Under the pieces are notes generated by a model. The model was not told the DNA's origin and did no database searches. It saw only the letters and a program-made list of their open reading frames with translations. Below are positions 1-12,379 of a stretch of 64,000 nt of DNA, piece by piece; the stretch's first letter is position 1; every line of letters begins with the position of its first letter. The DNA is from Octopus sinensis (lineage: Eukaryota): contig NC_043003.1 of the NCBI RefSeq assembly GCF_006345805.1, positions 49,972,001 through 50,036,000 on the forward strand, in the 5' to 3' direction. Position numbers and translations under genes: made by a program.

Positions 1-172
1 CCTTTGCCGTTCTTTCAAGACGGTCACTTCAGTATATGTTAAATTTGAGCATCTGTTAGTCGTTGTCTATGGAGAGATGTTGTGCAGGAGGTAATTTCAT
101 CTCTGAAAATGAAGTATTGTTTAGAATATTCTGTGAGAGACTTGAATACTTTTTGAATTTTAATTGTTTTAG

Positions 173-560
173 TCATTAGATTGCGGTCATGGTGAGTTAG
201 GATTTTAGTCGAATAAATCGACCCTAGTACTTTATTTTTTAAAGCCTGGTACTTATTTTATCGGTGCCTTTTGCCGAGCCGTTAAGTTAAGGAAGCTTAA
301 AAACACGCCAACACCGGTTGTTAAGCGCTGGTGGGGGGACAGACACACACACAAAGTCACACACGTAGATATACATGTGTATGTGTGTGTGTGTGTACGA
401 CAGGGTTTTTTTCAGTTTCTGTCTACCAAATCTACTCGCAAGACGTTAGTCGGCGGCCCGAGGCTATTGTAGAAAACACTTGCCCAAGGTGCCACGCAGT
501 GGGACTGAATCCGAAACCATGTGGCTAGAAAGCAGATTTCCTACCACACAGCCACGCCTG
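173..560 (-). mobile_element. SINE family A (tRNA-like head, internal microsatellite, about 400 bp)
   Basis: Collinear with the other family-A copies; head ggcgtggctgtgtggtagg...gattcagtccc carries A-box and B-box-like motifs. Confidence 0.85.
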
Positions 561-1607
561 TATCTTTTGAAACAATATAGATACATCAGAAACTAACACC
601 GACCTTAATCTAGAGAGCTTGATGTTTTGATGAGAATAAAGTACTTCTCGGCATTGCGTAGGAGGCAGTAATTTGCAAGTGATACTTTTGTTGATGTTCA
701 GAATAGGTCGAGTTTTATTAATGTTTTCAAATTCCATGCAGAAAATGATAACGTAGAGGTATTTCTTATGTGCGCATATCTGAAGATGGATTGATACGTT
801 AAGTGTCGGCTTTCTTAACAGCTCTCACATATTCCGATACATAATTTTAGAGGGATGTGGCTTCCGCACTGAAATAATAGCTTCACAAATTAAAGTATCA
901 GCTCGGCCTAAATTACCCATGGGACATAACTCTCATCTCAAAAGTGAGAGTCATTTCCCCAATTTATGTGGTTTGCAGATTTCCTGTATTATGCATTTTC
1001 GTAGAACGCAAGCTTAAATTTTTCACACGTGCGCATGCACATGTATCATATTAGACATAATATATGTAATGCATATGTTTATAAATGAAAGCATGGCTGT
1101 CTATTTAAGAAGTCTTTTTCTAAACCACATAGTATCGGTTTCAATCTCACTGAGGTGTACCTTGCGCAAATGGCTTCTACAATAGCGCTGGCTCGATCAG
1201 TTACTTCCAGGGTGAAATTCGTTGACGGAAACTGTACGGAAGACTCATATATATTAAAGATGCATTATTCCTGTTTACTTCTCTCGGGAATTTCTATTTA
1301 CGTGATACTATTTAGCAACCGTTGTTTATTTGCAACGTAGCGGTTCAGCAAAATACACCGATGAATTCCTTGAAATACTTCCACTAAAACTCGTCAAAGC
1401 AATACCCCAGCACGGCTGAGGGCCAATGACCAAAATTTGTAGGAAAACATAGCTGCATACATAGGTACATACATACATTCTTCCATACACACATTCGTAC
1501 GTATATGCACGCACACACATATACATCTTACCTACATCATGTTTATCAGATGTAAGTATATGTGTGCGTGCGTGTGATTGTGTATGTGTGTGGTATCATT
1601 TTATATA

Positions 1608-1659
<52 letters not shown>

Positions 1660-1989
1660 TAGAAAATGTCTTCAGTGTATTGAGAGCATTCTTTGAAAAC
1701 ATTTGTTAGCGCTGAATATTTGTTTCTTAGACTGTCTTTCCAATATCTATCTAATTCTTTGTGACATCAAAGACGAAATAGTATAACATCAAAGAGGTTA
1801 TATCATTCATTAAATGTATTTCTTTTTTTTCTTTTTATATTTATTTCATATATTTATGTATTTATTACCTATTTTCTATATTCAGCCTTTGGTCGGCTGC
1901 CAGCTCCTGTACCCGATGTTTTATTTCATCAAACATTTAAATACAATTCGGCGTGAAGGGACGTAACTCGCACAAAAAAATGTTTTAAA

Positions 1990-2290
1990 TCAAGTTTTTA
2001 TTTTATTCTTTGCTGCATAAATCTATCTGTCTTCCTTCCACGAGAGACCTAAGCACATACACGTTTCATGATGCTCAATTTCCCTCTTTGAATTGCTCAA
2101 CTCTCTTACGAATTACCACCAGTTCTCTCCATTTTATCCTTTCAAAGTTACAACAGTTTAACATCTATTTTCAGCTGCTCCTTGAAGTGCTCTTTTCGTC
2201 ATCCTTTTGATCGTTTGATCTTCAGATTTTATTCAATTCAAATACATGCCAGTGGCTTCCTTCGGTTACTACACCTTCCTCATTCTCGTC
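1990..2290 (-). mobile_element. Highly decayed RTE-like LINE 3' remnant
   Basis: Minus frames give RKEHFKEQLKIDVK and ERIKWRELVV, similar to RTE C-terminal K.QLK.D.K...DR.KWR..V. Confidence 0.4.
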
Positions 2291-2630
2291 TCATTTATGC
2301 AAATTGTACAGGATAGAACTGGGTTAGTTCTAAGCGTCTCGTCTGCTGGAAGTAAGGAAATATAAAGTGCTGTACTGACGACGCTTATTAAGGCGGAGCA
2401 CGGTTCCATAGTTGCCGTCTTGTTTACAAACAGCTAAATTGTCTTTTTCTTGTTAGCATATCAGATTTGAAAAATATTTTATTGCTGAAATTATCTCCCT
2501 TTTCCATTTGAAGTTACTCTCAATTATCACCAAGCGATTGTTTTACCATCCCAGGAAATGGAGATTTCCCCACATCAAGAATCAATCTTGTACGATGATG
2601 AATATTCTGATGCACGTACGCGCGCGCTCA

Positions 2631-2635
<5 letters not shown>

Positions 2636-2726
<91 letters not shown>

Positions 2727-2742
2727 AATACACACACACATA
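2636..2742. repeat. (CA)n microsatellite
   Basis: Directly visible. Confidence 0.95.
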
Positions 2743-2759
2743 CGCATGCGTGTGCATCT

Positions 2760-3125
2760 TTCAACCTCTTTTTTTCCATCATTCTCTCTCTGTTTATTTC
2801 CTCTTATTCCTTTCTGTTGAACAGCGTAGGTACGAAACGTAAAAGACTTTCTCATTTTTCCTGAGCGTCAAACTAATACACTTGCTTGTTGTTCATACAT
2901 CTATCTTCGTCTTTTGTTTTTCTATAAATTTCAACTACACACACACACACACACACACACACCTTGTTTCTCTCCTTGTTTTTTTTTCTGTGTATCTTTC
3001 TGTAGAAGAGCGTAGGCTCGAAACGTAAAAGACTGTTTCTATTTCTGAGCGCTATACTAATACATTTGTTTGTTTGTACTCCACCTGCCTTCGTCTTTTG
3101 TTTATTTTCGTAAACTTTCCCGTTA
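2760..3125 (+). repeat. Family H repeat, two tandem units (third copy 4670-4900); possibly Penelope-like pseudo-LTR remnants
   Basis: ctgtNgaagagcgtaggctcgaaacgt(a/t)aaagact...gagcg...ctaatacatctgtttgttg...cttcgtcttttg occurs three times. The Penelope assignment is inference only. Confidence 0.55.
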
Positions 3126-3766
3126 TATAGATATATATATATATACATAAATGTTTGTGCGCACGCATGTGCGTGTGTATAAGCATATAGATATGTATGA
3201 GTGTGTGTATGTATGTTTACATGAACTGACAAGACATTCTAATCTATACTGAGGTGGCTTTATACAGCCGACCACGTCCATAAATGACTTAGTTTCATAA
3301 AATACATACATTAAAATGTAAAAAAACACAACGAGGTTGATATTGTCAAACCGTTAATCGGGTGACAGCTGTTTTTATAGCCATTCCTCAATAGTTGTAG
3401 CTTAAATTCTGGCTGCTGGTTCATTGTCTGCTGAAATTATGGATTTATTATATAAAGTTTACGATTATATGTAATTTTTATCTTCGAAATACATGTGTTG
3501 TAAATACAGTGTTGTAAGTATTTCGAGAATCTTAATGCACTTGCAGCACGCTTAATTTATGGAAGTAGTTGAATTGTTACGATCAAAGAAACAAGCTGTA
3601 ATCATGTGTAAACTAGCCAATAACGGAGACTGTTTGTAGTCAATGAATTGTGATAAACGTAGCAGCCAAATTTTCCTCAAATCATACTCAAGTTTTATGT
3701 TGTGTTTTGGTCTTTTTTTTTCTTTCATTTTGTTAAAAAGGATAAATTCGAAAATGTAGTCTGACA

Positions 3767-4163
3767 TCTTTATATATAAAAGTGAGGTTGTGTGCTGTCT
3801 GTCTCCTACGATTTAGATTCCTAACTACTCCCACATTTTGCAGTGCAGTTTAACCAAAACCGGGTATCTTATAGTTGTGATTCATATCGAGCCTTTCTGG
3901 GTATTAGCGCGCGTCTACGATGAGTCTACGATTTAAAAAAAAATTTACCATCAATTTTTCCCATTTTTAATGCATTTTTGGCATATATAAGGGAAGTAAC
4001 TCTCTAAAAATTTATTATTAAATCTCAGAACGTAAAAAGCTACAGTAACCCCCCCCCCTTTGTGGTTAGCCATATTGAGATGGCTATTATACTTTATATC
4101 TCTCAAAATGCTTATATAGTTATTTCCCTTACAAACCCGAGCAACGCCGGGCGATACTGCTTG
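3767..4163 (+). mobile_element. Non-autonomous Helitron, copy 1
   Basis: Starts A|TCtttatatataaaag. Ends with hairpin cccgagcaacgccggg then gcgatactgCTTG|T (CTAG mutated). Near-identical to 18405-18916 apart from internal indels. Confidence 0.75.
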
Positions 4164-4169
4164 TAAACT

Positions 4170-4465
4170 ATATTTGAGAAGACGAAAGAGTCGCGGCTGA
4201 AATGTCCTTCATATAAGTTCATTCGGTTAAGTCTAAGAGTTTTAAACTGAGGCGAAGAATCGAGAATGAAATCTGATCTATAACTAAATGATAACAATCA
4301 GAACTGGCCTGATATGCATATGAACCTGCTGGCTTGACGCCATCAAGAGTGACGCGGGAATGGCCATGCCCAATCCGAACGAAGCGACCTAGGAGAGAAC
4401 TGGCTGGAGAACACTGATCCATCGAGTAACCGAGAGTCGACTTCGACTGAGCGGATAGTTAGTTA
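4170..4465 (+). mobile_element. RTE/BovB-like LINE, 3' end fragment
   Basis: 4324-4458 translates TCWLDAIKSDAGMAMPNPNEAT*ERTGWRTLIHRVTESRLRLSG*, matching the BovB-type C-terminus (RWLD...DR..WR..VH.V..SRTRLS). A short ttagtta tail follows. Confidence 0.7.
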
Positions 4466-4907
4466 ATTACATATATATATACGTAAATATATATGTGTGT
4501 GTGTAGATGTGTGAATGTGGGTGTGCGCCTATATATATATGCATATATACATATATATATATATATATATACACACACATACACACAAAAACATACACAC
4601 ACAGACACATATATGTATGACTATATAGTCATTCTCTATGATAGATCGCTAGCCACTACACATTCTTTATTTTCTCTCCATGTTTCTTTCTGTGGAAGAG
4701 CGTAGGCTCGAAACGTTAAAGACTTTTTCACTTCCCGAGCGTTATACTAATACATCTGTTTGTTGTCTACACCACCTGTCTTCGTTTTTGCCTTTTTTGT
4801 TTTGTGAGTTCTCCCTATATATGTGTGTTTGTTGTTTACATACCCGCCTTCGTCTTTTTTTTTTTTTTTGTAAATTCTCCCTATATGTACATACATATAT
4901 ACAACCA

Positions 4908-4983
4908 CTGCGTTGATCTCATCCAGAGGTTTAAGAACTAGCATTTTTGCTCGTTGCAAAATAAGCAAATGTGAGTTGACTTG

Positions 4984-5022
<39 letters not shown>

Positions 5023-5336
5023 GTGCTGGGGCGAGCTACTGCTATCTCTAGCAGACGAGGCGTTCAGTGCCGAAGAGTGCCAGAAATAGCCCGAAACCAG
5101 GATTGGTCTACTGGTCCCGTCGCTACAAGGTGTTAGAGGTTCGTTCCCCTGGTCGCAAGTTATCGGATGCTGCTCTGCATCCTTAATCAGCTAGAGCAGA
5201 TGTTCTCTTGGGGTTAAAAAGTCGCAGCAGAGTCCGTTCGAACGGACAGCCATGTTGAAGTAGTGAAGAATATTACTTGTCAGCACATCTACTGCGTTGA
5301 TCTCTTAGAGAGATTTTAGAACTAGCATTTTTGCTC
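4908..5336. repeat. GC-rich structured element bounded by about 45-bp direct repeats
   Basis: ctgcgttgatctc...gaactagcatttttgctc at 4908-4952 and 5292-5336; internal hairpins and a perfect 16-bp palindrome at 5232-5247. Confidence 0.55.
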
Positions 5337-5415
5337 ATATATATATATATATATAATATATATATATATATGTGTGTGTGTGTGGTGTGTGTACGTGTGT
5401 ATGTGTATATGTATG

Positions 5416-5449
<34 letters not shown>

Positions 5450-5700
5450 ATATATATATGTATATATGCATACATACACACACACTCACACACACACATA
5501 CGTATATATATATATATATTTCACATGTTTTTATGCACATACGCACTAACACGTGTGTTTGTGTGTGTGCGCGCGCGGGCATATATGTATAGATATATAT
5601 ATCTATATATATATACATGCATACACACACACATACATATATATATACATGCATGCATACACACACACATACATATATACATACATACACACACACACAC
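5337..5700. repeat. Compound (TA)n/(TG)n/(CA)n microsatellite field
   Basis: Directly visible; source of several artefactual ORFs. Confidence 0.95.
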
Positions 5701-6455
5701 ATTATAAACGCATACGTGCAATCTATCAGCGTTGTATCCAAGGAATAAGCTGTGAGCTGTCTGGATCTTGTTTGCCAAATTCACCCATGAATCAGACACC
5801 CGAAAATAGAGGAGTTTGCGCAAGCATATGCAGGTAGAGAACTCAACTCTCACACATACATTCATGCACGGTTGGCACACGTACACATACACTCACACAT
5901 GCATACATACATACGCCAGAACAGATATTTACAACGGCACGTGACGCTTGGAGTAGTGGTAGCGTTTGGAACGTGTTGTATAACAGATAGAATATTTGAA
6001 ATGTTCACTGTGAGAAAGATGGTAGTACAAGAAGAAAAAAAACAATAAATAAAAGAGGTTAAAGAACCAAAAAAATAAAATAATAATGATAATAACTAGT
6101 AATACTTTTTACAGTAGATCTCTAAGTAGTGACTCACCATTTATACACGATGATGATGTTGGAAGCTGCGATGATGGTGTTTATAAATAATGGTGTGGAT
6201 AATGGTGGTGGTGGTGGTGGTGGTGGTGTGAGCGGTATGATAGATGAAGTTTGCAGATGATGCTGGAATGGCGTAGCGGAGCGGCTGTTGGTGATTCCAT
6301 GTTGCAAAAGTGCGAAGAGTTTCCATGGGAAACAAGTAGAATTATGGTTGAAGAAAAAAAGAATCAAGGATGGCTAAACATGAGTTTCTAATTTGTAAGA
6401 ATGAAAATAGCAATACCCAGACGGACTGCTATGTATGGGTGGGGTTAAGTTAAAA

Positions 6456-6843
6456 GTGGAAGCGCAATGGCCCAGTGGTTAGGGCAGCGGACTCGCGGTC
6501 ATAGGATCGCGGTTTCGATTCCCAGACCGGGCATTGTGAGTGTTTATTGAGCGAAAACACTTGAAAAAGCTCCACGACGCTCCGGCAGGGGATGGTGGTG
6601 ATCCCTGCTGTACTCTTTCACCACAACTTTCTCTCACTCTTACTTCCTGTTTCTGTTGTACCTGTATTTTAAAGGGCCGGCCTTGTCACTCTCTGCGTCA
6701 CGCTGAATATCCCCGAGAACTACGTTAAGGGTACACGTGTCTGTGGAGTGCTCAGCCACTTACACGTTAATTTCACGAGCAGGCTGTTCCGTTGATCGGA
6801 TCAACCGGAACCCTCGTCGTCGTAACCGACGGAGTGCTTCCAT
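6456..6843 (+). mobile_element. tRNA-headed SINE, head C1 + tail X, 11-bp TSD
   Basis: Head gcgcaatggcccagtggttagggcagcggac...ggtttcgattccc; TSD ttaagttaaaa at 6445-6455 and 6844-6854. Confidence 0.9.
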
Positions 6844-7137
6844 TTAAGTTAAAAAAATGAAAAAGTAAAAGAAAAAAAGCGTGGACGTCATCGGTAAGTG
6901 GTGTTAAGACACTAACAGGTTTGTAATACAAGTTCTATTCTCGATCGATCCATTTTGTACTGACCGTGTTCGTTCCTTTCTTTCTAGTTTTTTTTTTTTT
7001 TTTTGTCTCGTGCCCTTGTATCCCTAAGCCCAGTTGCCTGATTTCCATAGCGTGTAAGGCACCGAAATCACATTTCCCTTGAACGAGATGTTGGCATATT
7101 GCAGGGATCGTGACCAGCAACTTCGAGGGAGCAAGGG

Positions 7138-7174
<37 letters not shown>

Positions 7175-8214
7175 TGCGGGTCGGGGGGGGGTTAAATCTA
7201 TTAACATCAAACTCAGTACATGACCGGTATCTTATCTTTTATCGTTCACTTGTTTCGGTCACTGCACTTTGGCCCTGCCTTGAGGCACTGCTTTGAAGAG
7301 TTTTAGTCGAACAAATCGACTCCAGTTTTTTGCTTTTAAAGTTCGTTACTCATCCTATCGTTTTTTTTTTGTTTGTTTTTTTGCCGAACCGTTCAGTTAC
7401 AGGAACGTAAACAAACAAACACTAGTTGTCAAGCGATGTAGTGACAGAAACAAATACAAAGATATTCATACGCACGTGGTTGTGTGGTAAGAACTTTCCT
7501 TTCCAATCACATGGTTTCTTGGTCAAGAGACTTCTGCTATTACCTCGGGTTGACCAAAGCCTTTGGGAGTGGATTTGGTAGACGGAAACTGAAAGAAGAC
7601 TGTCGTATATATATGTGTGTGCGTGTGTCTTTCTGTCTGTGCTGGTCCCCCACTACCGCTTGACAACCGCTGTTGGTGTGTTTATATCCTAAGACCGATA
7701 GTATAAGTACCAAGCTTTTAAAGAAAATAAGTACTGGGGTCGATAAGTTCGACAAAAAAGTCCTCAATGGCCTTTGGGCGACGTAGCGCTATAGTAAAAG
7801 ACAATAGCCATGCAGTAGGACTGAACTCGAAACCATGTGGTGGGGGACTAAACTTCTTACCACACAGCTATGTCTGAAAGCCAGAGTTAACCTCGGCTGG
7901 AATTGAACTCGGAACGTAAGGAACTGAAAGTAAAGCTACTAAATACTTTCTCCGATGAGCTAACGATTCCGCCAGCTTACTGCATTATTTCTTTCCTAAT
8001 ATGTGAAATTTATTTACAACGCACCGAAGGAGCCTCTACCTGGTTGCTTGAGCTTCGAGTCAATTGAAATAGCAGCCAAATCTCCCTCATATTGCACACT
8101 ATGTCGTCTTGAATAAAGAAACTATATTTAGTCCTTCAAACATCTAAGAAGACGAATGGCCAAGTTTAGATAACAGGTCTGCTGACCTTGGGTTAAACGA
8201 AAGATACTGCTTGA

Positions 8215-8950
8215 GATCTATTCTGTTTCGCTACACCTGTGGAAATTTTCAAGTTCAAGGAAAATTTTAAAATTTGGTGTAGTGATGTAATTTTGCATGC
8301 TGAAAATCTCAGGTGCTAATTCACTTTTTCCAGAAAGTTTTTTTTTTTTTCTTAGAAAAAGTTACGGCGGTTTAAAGTTTGATAATTTTTACCCAGTCAG
8401 AAAACAGGTTTTGGAAGATGTCATTTTGTGTGCGACTGTACGTGTTTGTCAACCGTAAACAAATGAAATATTGGTGGAATTCTGCTTTATGCAAGCCTTA
8501 TAACCCCTCATAACTTTTCATTTTTTTGAGGTTCCAGAAAATTTTTGCCAATTTGTATTCTACACACAGGAATTCATACGATTATGCAAAAAAAAAAAAA
8601 AAAAAATGGGTGCGTGATTTAAGGCCTATTTAGCTATTATTTTTAGTACATCTCATAACCACCTCATACTGCATGTGTTTTAAGCATTCAATAAGCGAAA
8701 AATGACCACGTGGGTAAGCAGCTTGGTAACACCTTGACTTATTACTATGGAAACATGCATTTATTTGTCTGTGGTTTTCAATTGGCTAAAATTACCCAAA
8801 ATTTGAAAACTTTAAAAGCTATTAACCTTTTTATTTATTGATTTATGGCGAAAATGAATTTCACGTCAATGGTCTCCATTCAAAACTACACCAATACACC
8901 AAATATGAAATCAACTGGGACAAAAATCGAAGAAATTCAAAAGTGGCGGC
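8215..8950. mobile_element. Old non-autonomous DNA transposon with long imperfect subterminal inverted repeats
   Basis: aaatttggtgtagtgatgtaattttg (about 8270) versus caaaactacaccaatacaccaaata (about 8880); tttaaagtttgataatttttacccagtcagaaaac versus gttttcaattggctaaaattacccaaaatttgaaaactttaaa. Superfamily not assigned. Confidence 0.5.
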
Positions 8951-9269
8951 CGAGCAGAAAGATCTGCTTGAAATTTATGGTGTCAGTTTATAATTTGATC
9001 GAATGAGACAAATTTGTTCATGAAGACGAGGCGAACTCGTCAATAGCGTCATTATAAGCCTTACTGTTGCAGGAAAGCATCATTGCATTATTGTGGGTTG
9101 TTTTGACTTAGATCCTTCCGAGTTCGACAAAACACTGAATGTTATTGTGTGGTTCAGAAGATTTCTGAACATTGCGGTCTTCAGTTCAGTATCACTGTGC
9201 GACACATTGGCAAGTGCCAACCAAAGCCAGCAAGAAAAAGAACTCTCTCTCTCTCTCTCTACTCTTTTA

Positions 9270-9685
9270 CTTGTTTCAGTCATTTGACTGGTCATACTGG
9301 AGCACCGCCTTTAGTCGAGCAAATCGAACCCAGGACTTATTCTTTGTAAGCCTAGTACTTATTCTATCGGTCTCTTTTGCCGAACCGCTAAGTTATGGGG
9401 ACGTAAACACACCAGCATCGGGTGTCAAGCGATGTTGGTAGGTGGGTGGGGGGGGACAAATACAGACACACAAACATATTCACACACACATATTTATATT
9501 TATATAGATATACATATATACGACGGGCTTCTTTCAGTTTCCGTCTACCAAATCCATTCACAAGGATTTGCTCGGCCCGAAGCTATAGTAGAAGACACTT
9601 GCCCAAGGTGCCACGCAGTGGGACTGAACCCGGAATCATGTGGTTGGCAAGTAAGCAATTTACCACACAGCCACTCCTACGCCTA
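9270..9685 (-). mobile_element. SINE family A, full length, young
   Basis: Complete head-microsatellite-tail structure ending gaaacaagtaaaagag; CpGs retained. A further 3' fragment follows at 9720-9900. Confidence 0.9.
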
Positions 9686-10057
9686 CGCACATACAAACAA
9701 ATTATATCTTTTTTCTTTTTCTTTCATCAGACTGCGGCCATGCTGGAGCACTAAATTTTAGTCGAACGAATAGATTTCGGAATTTTTTTTTTTTAAACCT
9801 GGTACTTATTCCATCAGAATCTTTTAGCAAACTGTTAAGTTACGGGTCCGTAAACACACCAAGCGTTGTCAAGCGGTGGTGGGGGCAAACACAGGTACAA
9901 AGACACATACACGCATGTGCGTGCATGCACACATCCATGCCAAATCAAATCAAAACAAATTTATTGGCAGCAGAACACAATATGCTTAAGCCATGTAAAA
10001 AAAAAGTTATTGTTGTATACTGTTTTATACAAAGTCGCCACAGTAGTGCAGAGCCTC

Positions 10058-10260
10058 TTTGAAAGCCAGGATGAGATCTCACCGCATCCTCCGTCGTTCG
10101 AGTGAAGATGATACCAGCTGTTGGAGACGTTCCTAATACGTAAGCTTAGACAAACCCGCGACCATTCGGGTGGCTAAGCGTTGAACCTGTTTCAGGTGCT
10201 GAATGTCTTTCTGGGGATATGGATTTCAGGCCTGGATGCAATATTCGAGGATGGGTCGAT
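10058..10260 (-). mobile_element. CR1/L2-group LINE RT C-terminal fragment (inactive)
   Basis: Translates RPILEYCIQA*NPYPQKDIQHLKQVQRLATRMVAGLSKLTY*ERLQQLVSSSLERRRMR*DLILAFK, the typical CR1 motif string, with three stops at positions where W, E and G are expected. Confidence 0.85.
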
Positions 10261-10331
10261 ATGAGCTGTGTTTGTCACCCTTCACCGCTTGTTTTGATGG
10301 TTTGTTTATGTCCCCGAAACTTAGAAGTGCT

Positions 10332-10733
10332 GGATCTTTTCGGTTTGACCGGCAGTTTTTTTTAAATAATTTCCACGTAACTAAACACTTTTAAACTTCG
10401 TATACTGGTAGAATGTGTTTATAAAACAACTTTTTCTCTTGGCTTTATTGAGAAAATTCTATAGTTTGTAAGATATTTGTTTGTTTTTTTTCAATTTCAA
10501 CCAATCAATGACGTCTATTGAGGTGAAAACATTCTGTGGCATATGAATATGTCCCTCGTTTAAGAAACAGATTGGGTTTATTTACATTTGTGAAGAAAAA
10601 AAAGATACCCTTCCCTACACCCCTAACCCTAAAACAGATTGAAATGCAATAGATCGATACTAGGGTCACAATTATGGGTGACAATTTCATATGACACCGC
10701 TAGAAAAAACTGCCGTTCAAACCGAAAAGATCC
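10332..10733. mobile_element. GG-terminated MITE (family G, Merlin-like), inserted in an old family-A SINE
   Basis: About 28-bp TIR ggatcttttcggtttga(a/c)cggcagtttt at both ends, with an internal ccctaaccctaa tract. The SINE sequence resumes on both sides. No TSD recognisable in this copy. Confidence 0.75.
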
Positions 10734-11629
10734 GCAAAACTTATTGATAGGAGGAGTACGAGATTTTTTTAAAATCGCAATAATAATTAAATACCAGGAG
10801 CGATTTGTTTGACTAAATCCTTCAAACCGCTGCCCCAGTAGTCCAATAGCTGAAACAAATAAAGAAAAAAGTCTGAAAAATGCTTTATAACATTTAATTA
10901 GAAGTTAGCTCCCTTGGCGACGAGTTTCAAATTTCTTTCGAGTTATTTTCATTTCTCATACACCGTTAATGTCACCACAACCACCTAACCAGCAAAACGT
11001 CTAGCTTAACTTGCTCTGTAAAGTACAGTTTCCTCTACATTAAGGAAGTCATGCATTCTTGAAGAATTTTGCCGTAATGTTGAATTCCATAACACGAAAA
11101 GTATTTTACTTCTGGCTTCCACGTTATGGAAGACAGTGAGAAATGCATTTTGTGTGAGATACCTACATTACTGAAAGGTTAACAGACGTGTGTTTCCGTA
11201 ATGCGGGGGATGCTTGTATCAGGTACATAAGTAGGCACTTCCTGCTAATGTGATGATGCATATTGTTACAGGTTATATTACCATGTTATACCTATTAGTT
11301 TAACATAAGTACAGACATATATACAACTATATGTTATTTCTATTCATATACGACTTCAGTCTGAATTTCTGGCTATTAATAAGTTCATGTTAGACTGTTA
11401 GAACGTTTAGGTGAGATGGACTCTTCTGTCTTAGATGACTGATGACTCCTCGTTTCTTGCTGGTAAACCTGTACAAATGATTTGACTTTAGCAGTGGTTC
11501 TCAGTCGGGGTTCATACGAGATATTTGTGGGGGCCACGCAAGCAGAAAAGCAAATTGGGGATCTACAGTAGTATGTAAAGGGTCCATTAAAAATCGACTT
11601 TTATAGGAGCTGGCGTGGCAGTGTGGTAT

Positions 11630-11950
11630 AAACCCTTGCGTAGCTAGGGTGTGTGCCGCCCGGGGCGGTCCTTTCATTTGCTGCAAAATTTTAAAATGTA
11701 ACAAACTTAACAGAAATTTACAGATGAGAGATGTTTCTGGTCTAATTTCATCTGAAATGGTCAAATTCTAGTCCAATTTCATCTGAAATTTCTAGTCTAA
11801 TTCTGCTCTAATTTCATCCAAAGTTTCTCCACACCAGCGAAAAAAGTTCCAGCTGTGATCTTTTGTCGATTGTAGCAAAGTTTTAAAATGTAACAAACAT
11901 GAGAGAAGTTTACAGATGACAAATGTTTTTGGTCTAATTTCATCTGAAAC
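11630..11950 (+). mobile_element. Possible PIF/Harbinger-like fragment with internal tandem repeats
   Basis: Starts gcgtagctagggtgtgtgccgcccggggcgg; repeated tctaatttcatctgaaa units and an about 80-bp duplication (11683-11760 / 11873-11950). Confidence 0.35.
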
Positions 11951-11954
11951 TGAG

Positions 11955-12330
11955 GTTATGAAGCTTGCTTTGCAACCATGTAAGTTTTGGGTTCAGTCCC
12001 ACTGCATGGCACTTTGACCAAGCATCTACTATAACTCCAGGTTGACCAAAGCCTTGAGAATGAATTTGGTAGCTGAAATGTGGGAAGCCAATCATACATG
12101 TGTGTATATATATATATGTGTGTGTGTGTGTATGTGTAGATGCATTTGTATGCATTTGCTTATTTCCTTCGTTGCCTGACAACCTGCATTGGTTTGTTTA
12201 TGTCCCTGTAACTTAGTGGTTTGACAAAAGACACTAAAAGAATAAGTATCAAGTGTTCAATTTGTTCAACTAAACCCTTCAAGGCAACACTCCAGCATGG
12301 CCACAGTTCAATGTCCAGTTAAAACATTGA
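11955..12330 (+). mobile_element. SINE family A, old CpG-depleted copy
   Basis: Collinear with family A; most consensus CpGs read TG or CA. Confidence 0.75.
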
Positions 12331-12379
12331 AAAGATATCTAGTACGCTGCTCAGTGTCATATTTGTATTCTTCCTTTCG

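Noticed and set aside
1-740. Possible CR1-like C-terminal remnant (1-165 and 560-740, minus strand) split by a SINE
   Set aside because: The similarity is too faint to call without an HMM search.
6456-6540. tRNA-like sequences at SINE heads (also 31300-31373, 27320-27390 and others)
   Set aside because: They have A/B-box motifs but no acceptor stem or full cloverleaf, and they continue into SINE bodies with TSDs.
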